DNA of 64,000 bases from Antedon mediterranea (Eukaryota > Animalia > Echinodermata), in assembly GCF_964355755.1 (NCBI RefSeq), contig NC_092674.1, positions 21,638,001 to 21,702,000 on the forward strand, read 5' to 3'. The notes beneath the pieces were generated by a model. That model was not told the origin of the DNA. It saw nothing but the letters and a program-made list of their open reading frames with translations, and made no database searches. The translations under genes were made by a program, and so were the position numbers. Of this stretch, positions 53,908 to 64,000 are shown piece after piece. Numbering within the stretch: position 1 is the first letter of the stretch; each line of letters starts with the position of its first letter.

Positions 53908-56803
53908 TCTAGTAGCTAGATCAACTTTCGTATGCACTTTGAGGTCCAGAGAATTTGGCTTCAGAAATTGGTTTAGGGTGGTCAAACAATCATTTTTGGC
54001 TTGGTTACACATTTTGAAAATGTGGCGAAAGTTCAAAAAGTCAGGGTGAAAGGTCATAAGACCAGACACCAATATGTCTTTAAATATCAACAACCACTGG
54101 TCACAGGGAGGTAATTTTGGTCTCAAATTGATCAGAAAGTATACATTTATATTCATTCTAATGGGACATTTTAGTAAAAAATGACCGGAAATGCCATTTC
54201 TGACCTTTGACCCACAGCCCAGGGCATGTATGTATCTCCGTAACTACTGGTCGTAGACACTTGAATTTGGTTTTAAATTGTTCGAAATATATAATGTGTT
54301 ATTTGTTACACATTTTGAAAAATGTTACAAAAGGTCAAAGGATCAGGGTCAAGGGTTATATGAACAAATAAAAAAAGGTACTTGTATCTCGGCAACCACT
54401 GGTCGCAGCAAGTCAATTTTGGTCTCAAAATGTTCAGAAGGCATGCATTTATATTCCGTCTAATGGGGCATTTTAGTTAAAAATGATCATAAATGCCATT
54501 TCTGACCTTTGACCTACATACCACAGAAAATGTGGTTAAAAGATGAACAGAAATGCTATTACTAATGTTTCAAACAAAAAACGTATCTCTACACAACTTA
54601 TCCTTAGACAGTAATGTTATGCAATAACTGATACTTTAAAATTGTTTTAATTTCAAATACTAGTTATTGCTGTCCCTGAGGACATTTTGATAGAAACGTC
54701 AAGCTCAACAGTTCATTTCAGAATGCTAGAAGTAACTTGCCATATGTATCCAATTAAATGCCCCAGGCATTTATTGTTCAAAATGGTTTTTAGGGGGAGG
54801 GGACGCATCTTTATGCGGGTATGGGGTATAATATGTTAACATGTATAATTAATAAATACCACCTAGATGTAAAAAATACAGCACAATTAATATCAAAAAG
54901 TGATAAAATTATGTCAAAATGCTTGGTCTGTAGATTATGGTAGTTAATGAAATGTGTTGTGATACAATTATTATGTAAATGCATGTGGCGGGGCGTTTAT
55001 TCCACATGATGTTCTATTGGAGGGAATGGTGGCGTTTATTTGAGGGAGGCTTTTATTCAAAGTGGGTGTTTATTCGAATAAATACTCTAATTTTAATAAT
55101 TATAATTTGTTTCTCAACTGATAAAAGGTATTTTACATGATTCGTTTTTCTCTTTATGCTTTTTAACGAAATGTTTCTGTCTTTTAGAATAAAAGTGACA
55201 CTGTCATTAGATTCCATTAAATGGATCTTCTCCTCCAGGTGTCAGTATAATGATATAAAACAACCCTGACACGATTGCACTCATAATGGATCTTCATTCT
55301 ATCATCTTTGTTTGTGACTACAATTTGACAACAATCTTTTTCATATTTTTAAATGCCAATACATAGTTTCATTACTATTGTACAATATGTCCAGCTTTCC
55401 TGAAAACACCCTTGTGTACTGTAGTACAGTGTTGTAGTATGATTTTATCATGATAACTTCTGATGCTTTTAGTGTCAATGCATTCAGTACCTAAAACATG
55501 TCAAATTTTCTAGTGGTATTGATAATAATCTCCAGAAACATATATTGTTTTATTATCTACACTTGCAACAGACGTGTATATGTATAAGTTTTGTCGTAAC
55601 AGTGTTACGGAATAATGACAATGAATTATAGTTGTCTCTGATACCTTTTATTACATGATTGTACTTGCACCAGGATAGAATGAGGTTTAATCCAGTTATT
55701 ATTCTTATTATATTAATTTCTTTTTTATATCTGGGGTGTATTTATTTGATTATACATGTTACCAAACAATATAAACGCCTTCCCTGAATAAATAAATGCC
55801 CGGGCCTTTTATTCGAGTAACTACAGTAAGTTACTTCTAGCATTCTTAACTGCTGACCTCGACGTTTTTTCTATCAAATTGTTTGAACGTTCTCGGGGGT
55901 CAACAATACTTTCTAGCATTATTATAAGCAAAAGCACAATTATTACAAACAGTAAAGGATTTGTTTTAATTCCTGTAATGAAACCATTAAGCATCAATTA
56001 TTGCATAACATTACTGTCTAAGGATAAGTTGTGTAGAGAGATGTTTTTCGTTTAAAACATTAGTAATTAATAGTATTTCTGATCATCTTTTGTCCAAATT
56101 ATCTGTTAGAATGAATGTAAATATGTGTATTTTTAGCAATTTGATACCAAATTTCAGTGTCTCCGACCATTACTTACAGAGATATGAAGATGCCCTATGT
56201 GGGTCAAAAGTCAGAAATGGCATTTCTGATATTTTTGACTAAAATGTCCCATTAGATTGAATATGAATGCATGCCTTCTGAACATTTTGAGACTAAAATT
56301 GACTGAGACGAATGGTTGCCGAGATACAAGTATCTATTTGTATTTGTTCATATAACCCTTGACCCTGACCCTTTGACCTTTTGTAACATTTTTAAAAATG
56401 TGCAACAAATAACAAAATGTTTATTTTAAACAATTTAAGACAAAATTCAAGTGTCTACGACCAATAGTTACGGAGATACATACATGCCCTGGGGTGTGGG
56501 TCAAACGTCAAAAATGGTATTTCCGGTCATTTTTGACTAAAATGTCCCATTAGACTGAATATAAATGTATACTTTTTGATTAATTTGAGACCAAAATTAC
56601 CTCGCTGTGACCAGTGGTTGTCGAGATTTAAGGGCCTATTGGTGTTTAGTTTTATAACCTTTCACCCTGACCTTTTGACCTTTCGCCACATTTTCAAAAT
56701 GTGTAACCAAGCCAATAATGATTGTTTGACCATTCTAAACCAATTTCTGAAGTCAAATTCTCTGGACCTCAAAGTGCATACGAAAGTTGATCTAGCTACT
56801 AGA
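53908..56803. repeat. Large imperfect inverted repeat (arms ~53908-54775 and ~55790-56803)
   Basis: TCTAGTAGCTAGATCAACTTTCGTATGCAC.. at 53908 is the reverse complement of ..GTGCATACGAAAGTTGATCTAGCTACTAGA ending at 56803. The mirrored ORFs 53887-54156(-) and 56576-56836(+) reflect this symmetry. Confidence 0.9.
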
Positions 56804-57623
56804 TTAATATTGTATGTTATGTTTAGAACAACATAACATAAAATAATAATTTTATTTTTTTAATTACTCCCCTCTAATGTTTGATATGAACATACTAATT
56901 TATATTAAAATTATTTAATATGTTTTATGGTGCCTCGCACTTTTGGTACAATAGTGCAGTTACACTTCGTACTGACTCGCTTGAATTGCAATTAACATGG
57001 TCACGTGGGCCGTTGACTCCAATGAATCCAATGAATCCATGGCTTGCAGTTTGTCAATACCCTAATCCAATACTCATTAGCTAGCTAGTTTAGTAGGCCT
57101 AGTAGGCTAGTAATAGTAGTACAATATTGAATACAAGGGAGGCCTAGCTAGGCCTCTATATATTTTTTTTACAGTACACCACCTAAAAATGCAATTGATA
57201 ACAACAAATTTAAAACAATAGGGTATACATATATTATATTCAAATAATATAGGACGTTAGCAATGCATGAAAAATAAGCTAGAGGAATATCTTTCATTCT
57301 TTTAATTATGCATATAACGCTAGGCTAGTAAAAACCTACACACTATCCACTTGAGCAGACTATATGCGGTCATCGCGGTTTAAACGTCCTTCGTTTACAT
57401 ACGTCGTACCCTGGAAGCATTCGTCTTCGGGGCCTACCTAGACAATATCATTTTGATCGCTGAAAACGCGAAAATGGAAAGTTCTAACTAACTTTATACT
57501 ACACAGTGTATTACTAAAACAATTCTAGCATATAAAGCAGATCCGAATTATAAATGATTTTCACATTTACGTGAATAAAGTTAACAGCAACGAAACCTCT
57601 TTTAATCAAACTTACTCGAAATT

Positions 57624-58128
57624 AGGGAGGTTTCGCAACCTTACGAATACGATAACGAAAACGGATACGTCATACATTTGTGAAACTTTTGAGCTGATCC
57701 CCATTTCATATTCGTAAAGCGTATTCGTGTTGACGAATATCACCAGTCATATTCGTAACTACAAAACGAGTAAAGTTTTTGATCTATTTTGCACATTTTG
57801 CATTTGAATCAGGAGGAATGATTCATGATTATAATATAATTATAGATTTATTGGAAGTAATTTACTAAAGTAATTTACTAAAATGCCAAGTCAATTTTGA
57901 TAAATAGCAGTTTTTAAAGTCCTCACTCGCTTTGATGTTACGCTAGGCCTAGGCAGCCAAGCAACACGTACCTGTCGCTTTGCTCAAATTTACCGCAGTC
58001 ATATTTTGGACGCGCCTCAATATTTCGTTGCCCTGCGAAACAGATGTTGTTATGGCTTACGAAAACGAATACGTGTGCGTGACATATCCGTTTTCGTTAT
58101 CGTATACGTAAGATTGCGAAACCTCTCT
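57624..58128. mobile_element. ~505-bp MITE (PIF/Harbinger- or ISL2EU-like) inside the Academ end
   Basis: ~49-bp TIR AGGGAGGTTTCGCAA..CGATAACGAAAACGGAT. It is absent from the paralogous Academ end at ~46685. Confidence 0.8.
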
Positions 58129-58359
58129 ATTATCAGAAATTACGTAGAAAGTGTGCCCTCTATTGTCTAAATATATATAATTTTGATTAAATTCGGCTTT
58201 CAAAAAACAAGATTTTAAATGATTACATCTTGAAAAAGCCCCCACGTTAGTCCGATCAACAACCAGATTCGTAATCTACGTTAAAAAGTGCATTAGAAAA
58301 AGTTGGCTTAGAAAATTCTGCAGAAAAGTGACACCTGCCTCCAGATCCGACTGGTCTAT

Positions 58360-58600
58360 TACAATAGTAAATAAATTGTCAACATTTTGAGATTAGTAAA
58401 ATAAGGTAGTGTCGTCGGCGAAGGATATCACTTGTAGCTTCTCGCTGACATTTGTCAGGTCATTAACATATATTAAAAATAAGAGTGGGCCAAGTACAGA
58501 CCCTGGGGGAAACCACATGTGATTATCCTCCGTCGACGATCGGTCACATAATTTAATGGAAACAAATTGTTTTCTGCCTTCTAAATAGCTCTTTTGTTTC
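58360..58600 (-). pseudogene. CR1/L2-group RT fragment
   Basis: SYLEGRKQFV..GSVLGPLLFLIYVNDL..FADDTTLFY. It ends at the Academ terminus. Confidence 0.85.
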
Positions 58601-58754
58601 GACATCACTATTTCACTGAAGAATTTAATTAGCATACATCAGTGCAATCCAGGAGCTCTACACTAACACGTCTCACTCCTGTCGCAACATGAATAGGAAT
58701 TTTAGATAATCGTTACACAACAATCTGTACATAAAAAATACAAATATTGTTGTT

Positions 58755-59011
58755 TTAATTATAAGACGATTGAACTTGTCCAGGATCTACATTCGACCTT
58801 AAATACATTGTTTTAGTCAGCGTGGAAACGATGTATGGGACTTGTTTTTTGTCCGATGAGCCATTATTTGACTTGCATCTTAAAGAAACAAGAAAAGCGA
58901 TTCTTGTAAGTGTTTGGTGAATGTCAAGTCCTGCTGGTGGTATATTTTTCAAAACAAAAACCAGATCTTCAATAAACCATGCTCTTTTCTGTTCGTCATA
59001 TGATTGATACC
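58755..59011 (-). CDS. Caspase-family gene, final coding exon (small subunit)
   Basis: Acceptor TTTTGTTTTTACACACAG|. G|GYQSYDEQKRAWFIEDL..LDIHQTLTRI..KKQVPYIVSTLTKTMYL..TAA aligns by eye to the caspase-3 p12 pattern (GYYSWRNSKDGSWFIQSL..ILTRV..KKQIPCIVSMLTKELYF). Phase is compatible with the upstream exon. Confidence 0.88.
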
Positions 59012-59268
59012 CTGTGTGTAAAAACAAAATGCCGCACATTACAACCAAATGGCGTTGTTGAATACCACCATTTGTTTGTGGGCCTTTGCAGCAATCTACC
59101 GAAGATGGTAGGTGACTTCTTACATGTTGGAATGTTGTAAAGGAAAATAAATAAGAACCCTGCTGTGCGTAGTTTGGCTTTAACTGATGATCAGACTACA
59201 GTAGAAAGGATAAGTTGAAGGATGAGATGGAAGTAAATATGCTTAAAATACTTCCAGGGGTATTTCAA

Positions 59269-60010
59269 GTGTATTAGACAAAGTTTTTAATTTCAATGGG
59301 CAAATGCACCGTGATAATCGTATAATCGTAAACAATGAGATAATACTATTGGGAAAAATATAATTAAGTATTATCAGGTTCAGTTTGGTTCCATTTAGGC
59401 AACAGATGTTAGTAAAGACAGACTATGGCAAAAAATATTAGAAGTATATTATTGTATTTTTAGATAGCGAGGGTCATATTGAATTGTGTATAAATAATAT
59501 GTATTGTTATTATTTCACGTGTATTAGACAAAGTTTTTAATTTCAATGGGCAAATGCACCGTGATAATCGTATAATCGTAAACAATGAGATAATATTATT
59601 GGGAAAAATATAATTAAGTATTATCAGGTTTAGTTTGGTTCCATTTAGGCAACAGATGTTAGTAAAGACAGACTATGGCAAAAAATATTAGAAGTATATT
59701 ATTGTATTTTTAGATAGCGAGGGTCATATTGAATTGTGTATAAATAATATGTATTGTTATTATTTCACGTGTATTAGACAAAGTTTTTAATTTCAATGGG
59801 CAAATGCACCGTGATAATCGTATAATCGTAAACAATGAGATAATATTATTGGGAAAAATATAATTAAGTATTATCAGGTTTAGTTTGGTTCCATTTAGGC
59901 AACAGATGTTAGTAAAGACAGACTATGGCAAAAAATATTAGAAGTATAATTATTATTGTGTCTTTAGATAGCGAGGGTCATATTGAATTGTGTATAAATA
60001 TGTATTGTTA
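59269..60010. repeat. 250-bp tandem repeat, ~3 copies, in the last caspase intron
   Basis: GTGTATTAGACAAAGTTTTTAATTTC at 59269, 59519 and 59769. Confidence 0.95.
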
Positions 60011-60065
60011 ATAGTCACAAATGTATTATTCAACAGTTTACTGAAACATTTTTATTTATCCTTAC

Positions 60066-60219
60066 CTGGTGCACAGGCGTATGCAAGTAGGATATCTGCT
60101 TCTGCTGGAATCTTTTGTTCATTAGAATTAACTTCATTTCCTCCACGGGAATCCGTTTCGTCCCGAGAAGCAGTAGGCCTAGATATAATTCCATGGTCCA
60201 GTTTCATTCCTCGACCAGC
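60066..60219 (-). CDS. Caspase-family gene, penultimate exon (active-site loop, linker, start of small subunit)
   Basis: tag|GCT GGT CGA GGA...CCA G|gtaag; 154 nt with no stop: AGRGMKLDHGIISRPTASRDETDSRGGNEVNSNEQKIPAEADILLAYACAP(G). It is absent from the ORF track. Upstream exons are not recognisable in this window. Confidence 0.88.
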
Positions 60220-60559
60220 CTATATTATCGAATAACGCAAATAATTTATTCAAATTAACGTATTTTTATAGAGAAACCTGTATAATGGAGGAATTTGTCT
60301 TCAAATTTCTAACTTGTTTGAGCTAAAAGGACTAGATAATTAATATTCAATTGCTTTTAAACCTACGGGTCATGGTCTATTTGCTGTTTCAGCTTACTGT
60401 ATATCTACAGTACAAATGAAATCAATATTCAAACTAGATTTAATTCGTCACTATGACGAATTATAGGTTATATGCATTGATTTAAATAAAGATAATTGCT
60501 TTTTAAAAGATATATTGATTGATTGTTTTTCTCAGAATCTTTAATTATTTATAATATAT

Positions 60560-63500
60560 GATAGGACCTTGCTAACGCGAATACAATAGCCTGTATCACA
60601 ATCCGATCAATGATCCCTCTGCGTATAATGTTATAAACCACATTTGTTGTTACATAAAAATAAAGACATAAGTTACTTTTTATCTAGATTTCATTATAAA
60701 TCATGTGTATAATAATATACACTAAGAAATAAATTTGAACAAACAATACGGATAATAAAAACAACCTTATTTCGTTTCCCAAGGTGAGACTCGATCTCGG
60801 TACCTTGAATGCCATAGACACGAGCACTGACCATTGAGCCATACACAATTGACTAAAAGTTGTAGAAAAATTCCTCCGTGTATTTACTATGCAGTAACCA
60901 CTTTGGTGCAAATAGATTATTACAAACCGCAATTTATTATAATTTTTTACTATGATGACATCTTTAAAATGTAAACAAATGATGCACTGTCAAACTATAT
61001 ACTTTTAACTATAATATATGAACTTTTGAAGGAAGAAAGTTAATGTTAAGTTTGTTATTTTGGCCTAAGAAAATGTTATAATTTGTTTGATTGTCGAAAT
61101 TAATTTTTTTAAATTTAAAATGCAATTAATGATGAATTAATCAACTTTTGTTCTCTTAATTTCATAATAAATCATACATATGATACATACACTTCAAGAA
61201 AATGAAATAAAAAATCTGTGTTCCCGACCATTCTAACGATATTAATTTTAAAATTTAGCATATTTTCACCATTTTGTTAACTTACACGTGCGTAGCCAGT
61301 CACTTTTGACGTGCTCGTATAACGCTGTTTCGCGTTGAAAAGTTAATAAAATATGATGATATTATTAAAGAAAGGTTATACAACAGTAATCGGACAAAAA
61401 TAGTGCGCATTAACGTTTAACGCGCAGTGCGCGTGCAAAAATCTGCGCACTCATGGCAATTTTTTAATCGCTTTAAATTGCCTGAAACGTACTTTTTTTA
61501 AATTTTAAGCGCACGTACGCATGCGTTATATGCGCTACACACGTCATTGTATTGCCATATGATGAAATATGACCTGAAATTTATGAGTACCAAATTTTGT
61601 TTAATTGTAATTCATGCTTGTGAAGATATGATTACAAACGTGATTTCGTTAAATCGCGCGTAGACCACGTAATTTTTGATTGCGCACCTTGAAAACATAA
61701 CCACATCGATTCCTGGCTATAAGGAATATACTCTGAAAAATTGACTTAGCTAGATGAAACTGATATCAAGATAATTGACGAACAAAATAGTGCTAAGGAA
61801 AGAAACTCGTCACTTGGGGACGAGTTTGGTTATCCGCCCGTAACAAAACGTATCTTGCGCATTCAAGTACTTTTCCAAACAGTAGCCTATTCGAAATTAA
61901 AACTGCCCTTTCGGTGTAATAACCAAATAAATCCTTTAATTTAATTGTTTTCCCGTGACGGGATTCGATCCCGGTACCTGTGATACCAAAGTCGGTTGCA
62001 CTACACATCGAGCCATATGAGCACCTGCCGAAGAAAATCCGAAGAAAGTTTACTCGTCCATTCGGTATGTCGTGAAGCACTCTATGCAAATAGATTATTA
62101 CTTAGCAAACTAAATCATAATTTTTACTATGATGAAATCTTCACACATTTTAAACAGTGACATATTATGAAAGTGCATACTTTTAAGTTTTATATATTAA
62201 CATGTGAAGTAAAAAGATAAACGTTATGTTTATTGTTTTGCTCTTTGAAAACGTTTATGTTTGTTTGATGATAAAAATTTCAAAAATTATATTTAATATG
62301 CAAATAATGTAGCCATCAAACACGTTTTAACATTCAACACTATAATAAATCAGACCTATGATTCATACACTGCAAGAAAATAAAATAAAAAATAGGGGTA
62401 ACCTTGCATTCTGATGAACTGTATCGTTTTTAAAAGTATACATATTTTGCAACATTTTTACAATTTTTTAACATTTTACGTGCGCAACCAGTCATGTTTA
62501 ACGTGCTCGTAGAACACCATTTGACGTTGAAAAGTGAATAAAATAATGTAAAATTGTTAACCGAAGATTGAAAAACACAAATCGTGCAAAAGAAATGCTC
62601 ATACGTGTTTCCTGCGCCGTGCGCGCGTAAAAATGTGCGCACCTGGTGGCAATTTTTCAAACGCTTAAAATGACCTGAATCGTGGTCTAATTTAATCAGA
62701 AATTGATTTAGAGCATTTTAAAATTTCAAGCGCCGTTTACTCGCGCACTTTCCCATGTTACAAATTTCGGTAGCGATAAAAGAGTTAGCAATTGATGTGA
62801 AGCAACCGTGGCTGAAAATTACGTTAAAAAATATTCATCTGTTTCGAAGTTATGATCAACTTAGGATTTTCTGAAAATCGCGTGTGACTTACGCTACGCG
62901 GTTCTGCCAGCGTCCAAAAGCTTGGCTCCACATCTTCAGTTAAATGTCTAAATGTTTACCAAGTTACAACATGTTATGTTAGCAGGTTGCAGAGAAAAGC
63001 TGAACAAAAAAATCGGCGGAAATAGAGAAGAACTAGAACTTAAACTCGTCACTTGGGGACAAGTTTGGTTATCCGCCCGTAACAAAACGTATCTTGCGCA
63101 TTCAAGTACTTTTCAATCATGACTTTTCCAAAAAGTAGCCTATTCGAAATTAAAACTGCCCTTTCAGTGTAATAACCAAATACATCCTTTTATTTAATTG
63201 TTTTCCCGTGACGGGATTCGATCCCGGTACCTCTGATAACAAAGTCGGTTGCACTACACATCGAGCCATATGAGCACCTGCCGAAGAAAATCCGAAGAAA
63301 GTTTACTCGTTCATTCGGTATGTCGTGAACCACTCGATGCAAGTTGATTATTACATATCAAACTAAGTGATAATTTTTACTATGATGAAATCTTCACAAA
63401 TTTTAAACAGACATATTACGAAAGTGCATACTTTCAAATTTTATATATTAACATGTGAAGAAAAAATATAAAAGTTATGTTTATTGTTCTGCTCTTTGAA

Positions 63501-64000
63501 AATGTTATTGTTTGTTTGATGATAACAATTTCAAAAATTATATTTAATATGCAAATAATGTAGCCATCAAACACGTTTTAACATTAAACACTATAATAAA
63601 TCAGATCTATGATTCATACTCTGCAAGAAATAAAAATAAAAAATAGGGGTAACCTTGCATTCTGATGAACTGTATCGTTTTTAAAAGTAGACATATTTTG
63701 CAACATTTTGACAATTTTTTGGCGTTTTTCTGCGCAACCAGTCATGTTTAACGTGCTCGTAGAACGCCATTTCAAGTTGAGTAGTGAATAAAATAACGTA
63801 AAATTGTTAACCAAAGATTTAAAAACACAAATCGTGTAAAAGAAATGTTGTTACGCGTGAAAATGTGCGCACCAGTGGCAATGTTTTAAACGCTTAAAAT
63901 GACCTGAATCGTGCTCTAATTTAATCAGAAATTGATTTCAAGCATTTTAAAATTCAAACGCAATTTACGCGCGCACTTTCTAATGTTACAAATTTCGGTA
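60560..64000 (-). mobile_element. Tandem ~1.2-kb repeat units (Helitron/Helentron-like), each with a tRNA-derived segment
   Basis: Units at ~60560-61795 (diverged), ~61800-63030 and 63033-64000+. The hairpin AAACTCGTC..GACGAGTTT marks the unit boundary, with CTAG at 63033-63036. Confidence 0.7.
61951..62022 (-). pseudogene. tRNA-derived segment (further copies at 63204-63275 and ~60777-60848)
   Basis: 72 nt with A-box-like TGGCTCGATG (TGGCTCAATGG in the diverged copy) and T-arm CGGG-ATCGAAT-CCCG. The acceptor and anticodon stems are broken. Confidence 0.6.

Larger units (their letters stand above)
46904..58358 (-). mobile_element. Near-full-length AcademX DNA transposon (monomer 2), disabled
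   Basis: TAG...CTA termini with long imperfect TIRs (TAGACCAGTCG..AGGTGTCACTTTT..GCAGAATTT). It encloses the transposase-XPG ORF. Confidence 0.88.

Noticed and set aside
59012-59048. N-terminus MVVMCGILFLHT of the ORF-track protein at 58755-59048
   Set aside because: It is the intronic polypyrimidine tract and acceptor, not coding sequence.
61951-63275. Functional tRNA genes
   Set aside because: The acceptor and anticodon stems do not pair, and the segments are embedded in a repeat.

Overview
AT-rich eukaryotic DNA, probably from an invertebrate animal (the taxon cannot be fixed from the sequence). It is mostly nested, decayed transposable elements: a BEL/Pao integrase with its 3' LTR, several non-LTR retrotransposon fragments (CR1/L2-, Rex1- and RTE-like), three TTAA-targeting (Kolobok-like) elements, Helitron/Helentron-like elements, MITEs, and a 19-kb cluster of Academ (AcademX) DNA transposons. 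That cluster contains a near-full-length but disabled transposase-XPG ORF, a head-to-tail junction and a nested foldback copy. The only recognisable host gene is the last two exons of a caspase-3/7-like gene on the minus strand (58755-60219). Its splice sites and reading frame are intact, but the catalytic Cys reads Gly (Q|AGRG) and the S1-pocket Arg reads Asp, making it a candidate pseudo-caspase. Family assignments come from recalled motifs and terminal structures, not from database searches. Most short ORFs in the track are shadows of these elements or noise.
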